NCBI GenBank assembly: GCA_964016885.1
Contig: OZ024743.1
Span: 72,850,001-72,914,000 of the forward strand
DNA from: Eledone cirrhosa
Lineage: Eukaryota
DNA: 64,000 nucleotides
Direction: 5' to 3'
Part shown: positions 40,078-54,046 of the stretch, piece after piece
Numbering within the stretch: position 1 is the first letter of the stretch
How the letters are laid out: each line of letters opens with the position of its first letter
Made by a program: the position numbers and the translations under genes
The notes under the pieces: generated by a model
Seen by the model: the letters and a program-made list of their open reading frames with translations, nothing else
Databases searched by the model: none
Told to the model about the DNA's origin: nothing

Positions 40078-41266
40078 TCTAATTGGTGTGGTAGAGACAG
40101 GTACACATGTTGTTAAAGTGTTTTACTCCGTCAATACTCCGATATGTCCAGTTCCTGGTTGGGTTGTTATTTCTCTCAGGAACTGGAATCATATGAATTC
40201 GAACAAACGCATTTCGGCGTCATAGAGCACTCTCTCCTCCCATTGGTCAGTTGGGAGAACATTCCTCAGGCAAAAGTCTATAGAAATTTTTTTCTGAGGC
40301 AAGACATCTGTTGTGGTTGTTTTTGTTAAGTACAGCTGACCTCCTCCCTTGTGTTTATTGGTGTTTGGTGGTCAGCTGGCAGGTCAGCCTTAGTTCTACT
40401 GCTGCTGTCTTTAGAAGAATGAGTGTATGTGGGTGGCACCAATCCCACCACCCGTGGTGGTGGGGGGAAGGTGCCAAACAGATAATGGAATCAGATAAGG
40501 TAAAATGAAGAAATAAAATATTAAAAAATAAGATAAAATAAATTATAAAATAATAAGGTACGATACAATAAAATGAAGAAGTAAAAAAATGAAGAAGTAA
40601 AAAAAAATGAAGAAGTATAAAAAAAAAAATAAATGAATAAAATAAAATAAAATGTGTGTTTGTTATAGCCAATATGAAATATCAAAGAAGAATAAAGTGC
40701 AATATTAAAGTTTGAAAGATTTGGAAAATATTGACTGAAGTATAAAGGCTATGTGTCAGAATCGGGAAATGCAAAGGATTACGATCTTTGCACTATCACG
40801 GGGTGGTGCATTTTAAGAGCAAATGAGGCAAGAGTGGAGTGTAAAACACCATAACCTGAGTGTCAAAATCCGGAAATGCAGAGGACATATGCGTGTATGT
40901 TAACCCACATCGTTGCAAGCCCACACGCACCAACACGGGCCCAGGTGCATCCCATATTCACACATACCCACACACACACAGATTATACAAACACACACAC
41001 CCATAAATATAGATGTACATATATACTCGCACACACACGCACACACATACACACGCAGACACACACACACGCACACACGCACACACATACACACGCACAT
41101 ACACACGCACATATGTAAGTATCAGTGCATGTACAATCTTAAATAACAGGATATTTGTATGGACATATGCATAAGTCTGTGCTGCCATAGGAGTCGATCG
41201 AGGCAGGGGTAGGGTGGTGAAAGTATAGGGGGTAGTTTACCGTGGGCTCGGTCTGGCGGAGTTACT

Positions 41267-41470
41267 GTCCCTATAGCTTGAGGGAAGTTCCCTTCCCATT
41301 GCGTTGTTGTTGCCCATATAGCTAGAGGAAGGTCCTGGCCCTGAGGTGTCTACATGTCGCGAGGAAGTCCCTATAGCTTGAGGGAAGTTCCCATCCCAAA
41401 GTGTTGTTATTGTTCATATAGCTTGAGGAAGGTCCGGGCCTGGGGTGTCTACATGTCCCGGAGAAGTCCA
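41267..41470. repeat. 100-bp tandem duplication at the end of the Penelope ORF
   Basis: gtccctatagcttgagggaagttccc occurs at 41267 and 41367. Confidence 0.9.
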
Positions 41471-43444
41471 TCCTGAGTTTTATCAGGCTGCTTCCACCGC
41501 TGAGTATCTCGAGGGTCTCGCTCAGACATAGTTTGCAGATGCCAGATCCCCCTTTATCAGGTGGTACTTTCCTGATTTTGGAGCAGACCAGAGAGTACGG
41601 GGTCCTGTCCAGCTTGAGCTTCCTGATTATTTCGGAAAGAGCCGTACTTTTCCTTTTGTCCTCCCTGTTAAAGGAATGGCGATGTTTATACCATCGGTCC
41701 TTAAAGTTCGTTGATGTGGCTCCTATGTAAAGGAGTTCAGGGTTGGGGGATTTTACTCTACATCTGTATATTAAGTTCTTCCTTAGGCATTCATTACTAA
41801 GGGGGCATAATGCTGGGTTTCTGCAGTTGCAGGAGGTGGTCGACCTCCGCGTATCTAATGTGGGGTTCCCGTTGTCTGTTTGGGTTACTGGGTCCACCCT
41901 TCTTTCCCTCCACATGGTTATGCCGGGTGCCTATATTGAAAGCTTCCGGTTGTATGTGGTTTTTAAGTCTACCCCGATTAATGCTAGCTATGTGCTGGGC
42001 CACATTTCGCGTGGTAGAATATGAGAGCTTTACAGTGTGTCTGTTGAAGATCTTGCGGTATCTATGGTCATTCGGGAAGCATTTATCTACTGCCCCAAAG
42101 AATGAGCGGGCAATGCTGTTCTTTAGGGCGGCTGAATATGGTGGGTTGTACCACGTGATTTTCTGTCTACTCCTATGTGGGTGGGTTGAGCGTGCGGTGG
42201 GCTGTTGGGGAGTTGTTGGGTTGCTAGTGGTTCCCGCATTGCTGCTTCCCCTTTGGGCTCTATGTGTTCTGCTAACTTCCCGGCCCGTATCTCTGGGGTG
42301 GTTGTTACCCACGCTGGAAGTTCTACGGTGGGATTGTCTTCCATCGGTCCCGCTTCGTGTCTTGCGGTTGGGGGCGTCGGGAACGGGGTGGTTGATATCA
42401 CCCTTGAGGCCGCTACTCGTACCGGGTTTCCTCCCATGGTTATGTGTACGCGTGCCTCTCGCCAATGTGGTGGTGTCGGGTTCATGGTGTTTAGTTGTTT
42501 TTACTCTGCTTGTATTGTTAGTGTTCCCCGCTCCCAGATACCGTGGGTCGGGGTATCCGTTGGGCGGATTAAATGATATATTTTGGCCATGCGCCGCCTT
42601 ATTTAATGCTGCGTTGAAATATTCCGCGTTGCTATCGAAGATCTTCTTATTTGCGGACAGGCTGGAGATCCTGTCCGAGACAGTCTTCACTACGGCCTTA
42701 ATTATTGATCTAGGGTGTTTTGATTTGGCGTTAACATATACCAGTCTCTCGTTGGGCTTGTGATAGGGGTAGTATTGCTCGGTGTTCAGGTTTAGGGTGG
42801 TGTCTAGGAAGTTAACTACCTTTCTATTTGGGTCTAGTTCGATATTGAGCCCATGGTTCTTAAAGAATTGCCGAATACGCCTCTCAATTCTCTCCACCAT
42901 TTTTTCTCCATCATTTTTTTTTACTACTTCATTTTTTTACTTCTTCATTTTATTGTATCGTACCTAATTATTTTATTATTTATTTTATATTATATTTTTA
43001 TATTTTATTTCTTCATTTTACCTTATCTGATTCCATTGTCTGTTTGGCACCCCCCACCACGTGAAAGCGTGGGGGAATTGGTGCCAACCCACACACACTC
43101 ATTCTTCTAAAGACAGCAGCAGTAGAACTAAAGCTGACCTGCCAGCTGACCCCCTAACACCAATAAACACAAGGGAAGATGTCAGCTGTACTTAACAAAA
43201 ACAACCACAACAGATTGTCTTGCCTCAGAAAAAAGGATCTATAGACTTTTGACTGAGGAATGTTCTCACAACTGACCAATGGGAGGAGAGAGTGACCTAT
43301 GATGCAGAAATTCGTTTGTTCGAATTCATATGATTCCAGTTCCTCAGAGAAATAACAACCCAACCAGGAGCTGGACATATCGGAGTATTGACAGAATAAA
43401 ACACTTTAACAACATGTGTACCTGTCTCTACCACACCAGTTCCA

Positions 43445-43499
43445 ACTGCCTGAAGAGGTCACAGCCAATGATGGCTGTCACCGAAATATATATAGCAGT
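43445..43499 (+). ncRNA. Minimal hammerhead ribozyme, family C
   Basis: actgc-CTGAAGA-ggtcacagcca atga tggctgtcacc-GAAA-tatata-TA-gcagt. Confidence 0.87.
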
Positions 43500-43565
43500 A
43501 CATCTTAAATAAACGAAACCAAATCTTAAATATTTGACTTACTTTATTTTATATATATATATATA

Positions 43566-44031
<466 letters not shown>

Positions 44032-44085
44032 GTGGGAAAGTGAAAAATCGGAGAATAGACCGTTAAAACATGTTTATTTAAAATA

Positions 44086-44120
44086 TCACCTACGTACATT
44101 TCGCCCAGTTGGGCTTCTCA
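44086..44120 (-). ncRNA. Truncated hammerhead (stem II, GAAA, stem III, GUA)
   Basis: gccca ac tgggc-GAAA-tgtacg-TA-ggtga; the 5' core is lost at the (TA)n junction. Confidence 0.5.
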
Positions 44121-44804
44121 TATATATATATAATCAAGGTTTAGCAAATAAGAAAAAGTGTTAAAATAAATTTTAAAAAGTTCACTGCACCTGCTGTAAT
44201 TACCCTTAGCTGCTGTAATTACTCTTAAAATAAATGGATAATCCATGCGGAAATCCATTGAGAAGAAGACTTTCGTCGGAGGGTCCTTCTCGCTCGTAGA
44301 ATATAAATTTCCCGAGTTCAAATCACGAACTGGCGCCATACAAAACTGTTCCCGAGATGAGAGTGTATGATGAAGAAAGAATGTTGTCCAGTGCCGTGTG
44401 TAAAGATAGAAGGCAGGGGCGGAAAGGCCAATGTACTGCCACTAGAAATAGCAGCAGTTAAAACGACCAAAATGTTATCTCGACTAGGGGAGATTAATAA
44501 TAATAAAGTATGTTTCCCTACATGCAAAATGCATATAGGGACACATGTATTATCCAACCGTATGCCAATATATATATATATTGTGCGATCTTATAACAAT
44601 TTACATTAATCTTTGAGTTCTTTATTTTGGTCCCTTTTCTTATACAAAGATTCAACTTAATCCAGTTGGGAATATTCCTCTCATAACAGACGTAAACGAT
44701 ATTTTTCTTTATATCAAATGATAAGAGGACAGAGTTCCATTCAAAGAGAAAAATATTCGATATTATAAAATTTCTATTTGACATAGATTTATTTCATTAA
44801 TTAC

Positions 44805-45395
44805 TTGGACGCCATGCTTTCTAGCATAGTTACGTCCCTTTAAAATCTGAGTTCAAATCCCGTCGAGGTTAACTTTGTCTTTCATCCTTACGGGATCGAT
44901 AAAATAAAGTACCAGTAATGTACTGAGTAATTGCTGGCCATGTGCCAAAAGTAGAAACAATTATTTATGTGGATTGGCAGCATCGATAGAGCGTCGGACA
45001 CCATGCTTTGCAGCATAGAGTTACGGCTCCTTGCGGTCTGTGTTCAACTCCCGCGGCGGTTAACTTTCTTCCTTAGGGGTCGATAAAATAAAACACCAGT
45101 AACGTACTGGGGTCGATTTAATCGACTTTCTCCCCCCTCCCCCAATACTGGCCTTGTGCCTATACTAGAAATCATTATTTACGTGGATTGGCAGCATCGA
45201 TAGAGCGTCGGACATTATGTTTTATGGCATATAGTTACGCCCCTTTACGTTCTGAGTTCAAATCTTGCCGAAGGCGGCTTTGCCTTTCATACTTACAGAG
45301 GCGATAACATAAAACACCAGCAACGCACAGTGGTCAATTTAATCGACTTCCCCTCTCCCCCAAAATTACTGGCCTTGTGCCAGAATCAGAAACCA
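44805..45395 (+). mobile_element. Three head-to-tail tRNA-derived SINEs
   Basis: Copies at about 44805-44963, 44968-45177 and 45183-45395, each with B-box and core. Confidence 0.9.
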
Positions 45396-45834
45396 TATAA
45401 TTACTTGACATATGAAGTATGAAACCTATGCTATATTGAGAGTATGTGCTTATATAACAGAATAAAGTATGTCATGTTACTAGATTAAATGGATCTCCGT
45501 CGGATGAGTGTTCATGTTGTATGATAAATGGCATGTCTTAGTAGTGCAATTCACGAATATATGACTGAATATTTCACTGTAAAGTGTACGAGTAGCACAT
45601 TTGTTAGCATTCGGAAATCTTTGTATATATTTGTCTGTATGTTTTTGTATGTTTCATCTCAGCAACTGTATTGCTGTCTTGCACCATGATATTATTTGAA
45701 TATTTTAATTCCCATATTGATTTCTAATCTTGCATGTGAAGTAACAAGTTTATATTTATATATACACACACAAGCATAGACACTCAAACAAAAACGCGCA
45801 CGCACACATAAGCACAAACATACAGTTATATGTA

Positions 45835-45885
<51 letters not shown>

Positions 45886-45966
45886 GTAGGTCCCGGGTTG
45901 AATCGGGGATAACCACAGTAAGTAAGGTACTCAATACATGGCAGAGTAAAATTTTTTTATTTTATA

Positions 45967-46025
45967 GAAGGAGCTTCTACAGGACTAGTACTGTTTCATT
46001 CAGATGAAATCTTCAGGAAGCCTTC
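45967..46025 (-). ncRNA. Intact type I hammerhead ribozyme, family B, in a ~140-bp element (45888-46030) between (TA)n tracts
   Basis: gaaggcttc-CTGAAGA-t ttc atct gaa t-GAAA-cag tactagtc ctg-TA-gaagctccttc. Confidence 0.88.
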
Positions 46026-46030
46026 AGGTG

Positions 46031-46107
<77 letters not shown>

Positions 46108-46228
46108 ATATATACATATGCACATGAATAATCATATAACGTAACACCCAGCGTTAATCTCTTGCATGATATTATATTTATATCAATACAGACTGCTCTG
46201 GTATCCATTATTTATATATGCAATGTCC

Positions 46229-46270
<42 letters not shown>

Positions 46271-46293
46271 CATATATATATACACATATACAC

Positions 46294-46355
<62 letters not shown>

Positions 46356-46550
46356 TTATTTAGGTTTGTTGTTCCACCACTGGATAGAACTGGTCATTCC
46401 GTAAGGTCAACCTCGATGTAATATTATGGAGAGCACTCGACGTAATGCAACTCAACCGTCTTCGTTTGTGCTGTTGGTGGTGCGAGTACGGAGTTAATTA
46501 TTATAAAATAACAGGAGGCTGGACTGGTGTAATTCCTTAAAAGATGTATT

Positions 46551-46608
46551 ATACTATAATGATTTCAGTGACCGGGTTCAGTATGAAGCCGGTGACATCA
46601 TCAGGTAT
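46551..46608 (-). ncRNA. Minimal hammerhead ribozyme in a pLTR-like segment (46360-46850)
   Basis: atac-CTGATGA-tgtcaccgg cttcatactgaa cccggtcact-GAAA-tcatta-TA-gtat. Confidence 0.7.
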
Positions 46609-46854
46609 TCGAAGTATAACAAGGGAATATAATAGACAAAATACATGGGGCTGAAAAGCAGAGTCATGAGGGCGGCCGAACATTTAGCAGCTTCTATATT
46701 GAAATTTGATAAATTTGATATGTTTCAGCCAGTATTGGCCCAGGCCATGTCTAACTTAATAGCACCACCTGGCGAAGTCTTACAAATCAGGGTTTGGGCA
46801 TCATGGCCCATTCGAGCAGAGAGTTATTTTTTACGGAGGCATATCCGGGTGTAG

Positions 46855-47435
46855 GAGGCTTATCTGGGACTTCTTGAACTTGATGGGGACTGTTTCAGTT
46901 TTGATGTGTTTTTGGTGTAATGTTAAAGAGAGCAGGGCCAATTGAGGTGAAATAATTGTGCTGTATTTTTGTTATGAGATACGAGTGAGATTGTTGTCGT
47001 GGGCGGATAGCATGTGGCCCAAGCCTTGGGTGTACATTAAAGGTGATGCCAACATCATTTGGGCAAAGCTGATGGAATATTTTTCCACATCATGCAGATA
47101 ATGTAGCCCTCACGGTGACGTTGGAGAGAATAAAATTTGAGCTGTTCTAATCGACTACAATAGTCAAGGCCTGTCATGCCATCTATCTTTTTTGTAATCG
47201 ATCTTTGGGTTGCTTCACCTTTCCAGATACATTGTTTCGTGTGGGGAGACCACAGTGGACAACAGTATTCAAGGTGGAGTCGGGCAAAGTGGAGAAGAGA
47301 AGGATAACAGTGTGGATATCTCTCGACTGGAAGGTTCTGAGAATCTAGGAACACGTCCACAATTACTCCCAGGTCTCTGATGTTATTGGATGCCACTAAA
47401 GTTTCACCCGAAGGAAGAGAGTATGGTAGTTTCAG

Positions 47436-47440
<5 letters not shown>
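46855..47440 (-). mobile_element. CR1-clade LINE ORF2 3' fragment
   Basis: IRDLGVIVD, LEYCCPLWSPH, QRSITKKI, RLEQLKFYSLQRHRE. Confidence 0.85.
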
Positions 47441-47503
<63 letters not shown>

Positions 47504-48486
47504 TACCTGTGCGTGTGTGTGTTTAGATTGTATAAGAGTACGAATGTACACACTTGTAACATTACTTCCTCTAGCATTATACATATGAGAAATCAAAGAT
47601 GCTGTTGAATATATTCAACAGTTTAGCAGCATTTCTTATACGACATTTATGTAAATATCTTACACAATCATTCAGAAATCCATATTTTAACGTTAAAAAT
47701 AATACGGTTTTGTTTTTGATGTCAGACTAACCGATTTATAGTGTTTTGTTTTTATTTTATATACAAGATATTTTCATCTGAATAGAAATGATATGTCGAA
47801 TGAAATCAACTCCATTGGACGGATATTACTTTTTCATTGAAATACATATCGCAATAAATTATAACAGTATGTTCATTCTGTATATATGCGTGTGCTCACG
47901 AGTTTGTGTTCGTTCATCCGGCTTTCTTTGCATGTAATTTGTGATTAAGCATGCGTACTTTCAAATATGTATGTCTTTTTTTTAGAAAATAAGTACAATT
48001 CCGTTTCATATAATCATATTTTGATTTTGTTTCCAGTATTTTCTTTCGGGTTGTTTTTCTTTTCGCTGTGGATTGGGCTGGGCTACATTATATAAATTCT
48101 TCGCGTTATATATATTTTTACATATTAGGAATAGTTGAAACTTTACACGACTCCCGAAGACAAAATGGACAAACACACAGAAGAAAGATGGCACATCATA
48201 TATATTATATCAGATTGTATGAACATAAAGATTTGAGTCACTTATAAACCTAAAAACCAAGAAGAAATATTTGTTATATAATCGCATTTTTCTATTCTGT
48301 TTACTCAGAGAAAAATCAATTAATCTGTTTTTAATATGAATGCACACGTCTACATTTTCTTCAATTAAAAGGAGCCTGATAGGTAAAACTAGGTAAAACG
48401 TCAACTGAAGTCTCATATATATATATATATATACGCATATACACACACTCAAACAAACAGATATGTATATACATACATACACACAA

Positions 48487-48561
<75 letters not shown>

Positions 48562-48765
48562 AATGAAAGTACAGCATATTCGAAGTTCGAGCCGCAGCTA
48601 AGCCAACGAATGCCTTCAGCAGTGCAGCCAAGCTCTCGACAAAGTATAGACCTCAGAGTAATAACATACAGATTAAAGGGCTTTGCAAATTGAAGATAGC
48701 GACCGCTAGTTCAGCTGGTGATCTGTAGCAACGAAAGAACTGACTAGTGAGAAAAAAATACATAG

Positions 48766-48876
<111 letters not shown>

Positions 48877-48894
48877 ATAAAAGAGAAAACACAC

Positions 48895-49700
48895 AGGTTA
48901 GCAATAAAAAATGGATTTTATCCAGGTATTTAAGACCGTTTCATTGGTAAGTGCAACTTTATATTGCTATACTGCAAATAGCAGCCACTCAATAATAATT
49001 GTTGTACACGTCCAAATTTTCAAAATAGTGAATAAGTTACTCTTAAAAAGTTCTTAATATCTAGAAAAACATTTTTAGGGAATTGTATTTACTACTATAG
49101 AGAGAGAGGAAGAGGAATAATAAAGTGGATTGACAAACGGAGTAGGATAGAGAGAGTGGGTAGTTTTGATTCGTAGACTTCATGTCATCAATTTACAGTG
49201 TAGGGAGTTAAATAGAATTAAATTGTAAATAGTGGGATGGAGAGAGAGAGAGATAGAGAGAGATAAATATATATATAAAAAATAAAAATAAAAATAAAGA
49301 AGGGGGTAGGAAGAGAAAGAGGAAAAGAAAAGATAGCAAAAAAGGGAGAAAAAAAAGGAAGAATACGAAAAGAAATAGAAAAGGAATGAAGGAGGAGGGA
49401 GGTTTATAGGTATTGGTTTTTGTGGGTAATTAGAGGGGTTAGATACAATAAGAGGGTAGAAAGTCTAAGTATATGCAGTTTGTCAGGTGGTAGTAAGCGG
49501 TTAAGTGTTCGATTTGCACTTGTAGTACGAAAACTTTTCTTTGAGTCTATGGTTACAACCTTTATACTCCAAGATTGAACGTGATTCTTACAAACTTGTG
49601 GAGTTACCCCTAACCGTATATTGAAACCGTCCATGTAACTAGCTTTCTTAACGACGAACTGGATTACAATAAGCAATTTTCTGCTTTCCTGCTTCCCTAA
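48895..49700 (-). mobile_element. Possible Penelope C-terminal and 3' UTR remnant
   Basis: Manual translation gives AENCLL...GCNHRLKEKF, followed by a pyrimidine-rich UTR and GAAACGGTC near 48935. Confidence 0.35.
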
Positions 49701-49701
49701 C

Positions 49702-49916
<215 letters not shown>

Positions 49917-50027
49917 TAGCGAGGTTTTTTATATGAAATCGTGTGTCGAAACAGATATTGTTATACAGTGAGTGTGTTCTGTTATTAATTCTGGCAATAT
50001 TACGCAAATATGACCCTCCCCAAGTAT

Positions 50028-50070
<43 letters not shown>

Positions 50071-50399
50071 TATGCACATATCTGTATATATAACATATCT
50101 GGATCATCACTTCGAAATTATAGAATATATAAGTAAGGTTTCTGTAAATACAAAATCAATAAAATCCTTTTGTGGTGTATACAAGTTAGGTTTCTGGAAG
50201 TTCGAACAGAGGACTTACTTTCTCAACAGGCTTTCGTTCTAACCTAAATCCCGGTGTGATAGCACATGTTACTCCAAAGGGAGGTAACCCCGGTTTATGG
50301 CGGTCAAATTCAAATTATGAGCAATGGAAAAAATTCCTTACACAAACTGAATTAAGCACTCAACCAGACCATTATTAAAAAAACTTAAGTAATTAACCA

Positions 50400-50469
<70 letters not shown>

Positions 50470-50473
<4 letters not shown>

Positions 50474-50818
50474 AAAACGAGATGAAATCGAAAATGCAAC
50501 TGGAGTCTTATTTTTTAAAAAAATATATATATATATTTGGTTCCTTTACCGGTTTCGCAGTTCTTCTGCTTTTCAAAAGGTGAGTTGAGATGGAGAGTCT
50601 GTGGTTTTTCTCACATCTGGGAAAAACCACAGACCCTCCATCTAAACTCACCTTTTGAAAAGCAGAAGAACTGCGAACCCCGTAAAGGAACCAAATAAAT
50701 ATATATATATTTTTTTTAAATAAGACTCCAGTTGCATTTTTGATTTCATCTCTTTTTCTTTATACTTTCACTCGTGTAGGACCCCTCGGTTATTTTTCAA
50801 TTTGTAAAAAAACCTCAC

Positions 50819-50825
<7 letters not shown>
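50470..50825. repeat. Family-D hairpin (~140-bp arms plus tail) with an HHR on each strand
   Basis: Arms 50470-50610 / 50620-50762. Confidence 0.9.
50543..50580 (-). ncRNA. Minimal hammerhead ribozyme, family D (U3:A8 covariant core)
   Basis: cctt-TTGAAAA-gcag aagaa ctgc-GAAA-ccgg-TA-aagg, with palindromic stem III ACCGGT. Confidence 0.75.
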
Positions 50826-50861
<36 letters not shown>

Positions 50862-50902
50862 CATATATATACATATATATATATATATAAGTATATATAT
50901 AT

Positions 50903-51080
50903 ATTATTAGAAATGTAAGCTATCGCCGTATTTGATTAAAGATATTAAAGAAATCATTTAGCCTGATAGTGGGGCTAAGAACCCTCGGAGAAATGGAAAA
51001 AGATGAGTATTGACGTACATGGGACTCCCAAATAATTTCTTTAGTCAAAATACGGCGATAGCTTACATTTCTAATAATTT
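50903..51080. repeat. Short inverted repeat (~42-bp arms, ~90-bp spacer) between (TA)n tracts
   Basis: attattagaaatgtaagctatcgccgtattt / aaatacggcgatagcttacatttctaataat. Confidence 0.85.
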
Positions 51081-51662
51081 CAAACCCACTCGGTGTTTCG
51101 AAAATATTCTTACTTAATATATATATATATGAAAATAGAGAAATTAATGTGATTAAGAAGCCAACAGTATGTCATAATATATAAGTGACTATAACGTCAA
51201 GATGGAAAATATTTAACGTAAGATATGGGAAAATAAATCAAACTCAATTCAAAAAAAGTTAAGACAGAAATTTTATCCACAGATTTTGTGAAATCCAGAG
51301 AAAAAACCAATAGAGTCTTAACTCAGAATAAAATTAAGGCTAAATACTTATCCGTCAATTTGGAAAAAACTACAAATGCTCTATATAGTCTCAAAAAGAC
51401 TATTTCACGAAACTTTTCAGTGGGGATAGTCAGGGTTGGAACCGTTCATCAGTAGGGCTGAAACACGATAACCAAAATTCACTGCTCAAATATGCCAGAA
51501 AGGGAAATTAAAAGCAGGCTAGTACACCACTCACTGTTTGGTTGGTTTTCGCTTCTGTATCTTTTATATCTCTACAGTTAATCCATTCGGTCCTCTATGT
51601 TTATTATTGACTGACCAACGGTCAGAAATATAGATATAATATAGATATAAACACATATATAT

Positions 51663-51711
51663 AGTCTAACAAAGTATTTCGTTGCACATCTGCAACATCA
51701 TCAGTGGTACT
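51663..51711 (-). ncRNA. Degenerate hammerhead ribozyme
   Basis: CTGATGA-t gttgca gatg tgcaac-GAAA is intact; stems I and III are imperfect. Confidence 0.5.
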
Positions 51712-52373
51712 TTTATGTTCCTATTGTATGTCTACGCCATTTTATTTATCTGTTTATTTATTTATTTATTTTCGTCTTCTCTGCGCATGCGTTTGCGTGT
51801 GTGAGCACCCGCCGTTTCGACAGCTAGATCTAAACTAACCCAGTAGTGTTAGGACGGTAATAATCTAGCTGAACTTATCAAGGGGTACAGTCTACATGTG
51901 GGCATGTAATGAAAACATAGCAGTACTATCATATCAAACAATTCTAAAAAATGTTTTTCTTTTCTGTCACGGGGAGTCGTCAAAGATTTTGTATACATAG
52001 TTAAATTTATACATAGCGGCGGGTGGGGATGGGGTGTCTGAACTGCCTGTAGAACAAAGGGGAGGGAGTAAGATTCCATTCTGACCTGTGGATGCCAGAC
52101 CGGTCATGCGTTAAGAGAGAATTCTTTACAACTATCTCTAAAGGGGGTAAGAACCTATGATAAACATAGTCTGTCCGCCCGTGTGTATTCCTGTGTGCGT
52201 ATCTTTTTTTTGTCAATTTATGATTGCTCGTTCAAATATTCGTTGTTATTTCTGAGACACCCGGGGACCCCATTTGCTCACCATACAGAGAGATGGGGTG
52301 GGCGAGAGAGATGGAGGCGATGACAGTGGGAGTTTGGCTGTTCTTTTATGTTTACTTAGGTTATTATTTTCTA

Positions 52374-53970
52374 TTACAAGGAATCTTGTAGAGTGAATAG
52401 AGCAATTTTTGCTACATTCACCCACCCTTCAGTAAATTTACTGGGGTCTCTCTTCAGTCTCTCTCTCGCCACTCTGATTCTCCTTCTAAAGTGGTACCTA
52501 AAGAAGGGAATGAGTTGTTGTCCGAAGAGAAAGACATCTGTTCTCAGTCCTCTCAATCTCGTCCACCGTATAACCTCTTTAACCATAGCCACTATACAGA
52601 GGAAAACCACCTCGCTTTTGTTTTTGAAAGAGGTTGGCGGTTTGATCCTTACTATGTACTCGGCAGTCAACTGGATTTGTCCCATACGCGATAGCAGTTG
52701 TTCTGCGTAGTTCCACAGATCGGTTACGCCCGAGCAGTGTACAATTGCGTGCAAGATGGTTTTAATGTCCTGCTCGCGTCTTGGACTCGTCCTCTTGAAA
52801 GGATCCTGCCGGGGCGTCCGTGCCTGTAGATCTTGTCTCGAACTGGTAGAGCTCCACAGTAGCACTGCCAGGACAGAGACCTCTGGAAGATGTCCATAGA
52901 TCCTACAGACTGGTGAGCTCGTCGTCTTCGACGCCCAGAGTCTCTCCGAGCACGTCGTCGCACTTGTGACGTGCTAACCCTCTATAGAATGTCGAAGTGG
53001 AGTCTCCACTGATTGCTGTGCCCGCTTGACAGAGGGTTGTGAGCGCCTGAGATAGATAGATAGATAGATAGATATCTTTATGTATTTGCCACAGGCGCGT
53101 ACAAAAATGGTACATTACAAGACGTGACGGCTGGGGTTTTACATAAAATCATATAACTTTAACATTAACCTCGTCCACCATATTACCTCTTTCGCCATAG
53201 CCACCAGACAGAGGAAAACCGCCTCTCCTTAATTCTTAAATGAAGGCGGCGGAGTGATCCTCACGATGGACTCGGCTGACAACTGGATGCGTCCTACACG
53301 TGACACAATTCCACAGGTCGGTCAACACTGGGCACTGAACAATTACGTGCAGAACGTTTCGATGTCCTACTCGCATCTTAGACAGGTCCTTTTTGCAGGA
53401 TCTCTGCCAGGGCGTCCGTGTCTGTAGCTTTTGTCTCGAACTGGTAGAGCTCCTCGGTAGCACTGCCAGGCCGGAGACCTCTGGAGGTTATGCATAGGCC
53501 CGGACGGAAAGTCCTCCCGAACAGACTGGTCAGTTCGTCCTCCTCGATGCCTACAGTTTCCCAGAGAACATCGTTGCACTTATCCTCCACTAATCCCCTA
53601 TAGAATGTCGAAGTGGAGTCTCCACTGATTGCCGTTTCCGCTTGGTAGCGGGCTGTGAGCGCCTGAAGGCACTTGATGTGCCAGACAACCATTTTCGGTC
53701 TTCGCTTGACCCAGGACTGCAGCTCTGTTAGTGAGACGAGTTGTGGAAGAGCTTGTTTCACAAAAGACAACCACACCGGTTCACCGGTCAGGAATACCTG
53801 GAGATGGCGTAGCCTCAGCGCGTGTTTGCGCATCACCAGCCACGGCATGCCCAGCCCCCCGTTAGAAGGGTGTTGACAGCAGATGGATCTCCTCACCATT
53901 GGAACCTGTTTCTTTCAGAAGAACTTGAAGATAGATAGATAGATATGTTTCTTTATTAGCCACAGGGGCT
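52374..53970 (-). mobile_element. Stack of three 5'-truncated copies of the Tx1-like LINE, joined by (TATC)n
   Basis: 53945-53969 is the extreme 3' end (ccctgtggctaataaagaaaca). 53075-53928 and 52374-53049 encode the ORF2 C-terminus homologous to 14550-15510. Confidence 0.9.
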
Positions 53971-53985
53971 ATAGATAGATAGATA

Positions 53986-54016
<31 letters not shown>

Positions 54017-54046
54017 AGATAGAAAGACAGATATATAGACAGACAT

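Larger units (their letters stand above)
39890..43545 (-). mobile_element. 5'-truncated Penelope-like element with inverted pLTRs (39890-40640 minus; 42905-43545 plus)
   Basis: ORF 41797-42900 (NFLDTTL, YHKPNE, WYNPPYS) and ORF 41322-41915 (CNCRNPALCPL, YIGATSTNFKDR). The two flanks are reverse complements. Confidence 0.93.

Noticed and set aside
41810-42763. 317-aa plus-strand ORF
   Set aside because: Antisense shadow of the Penelope ORF.
47570-47710. Possible host exon in unique AT-rich sequence
   Set aside because: Short open frames with no recognisable motif or convincing donor.
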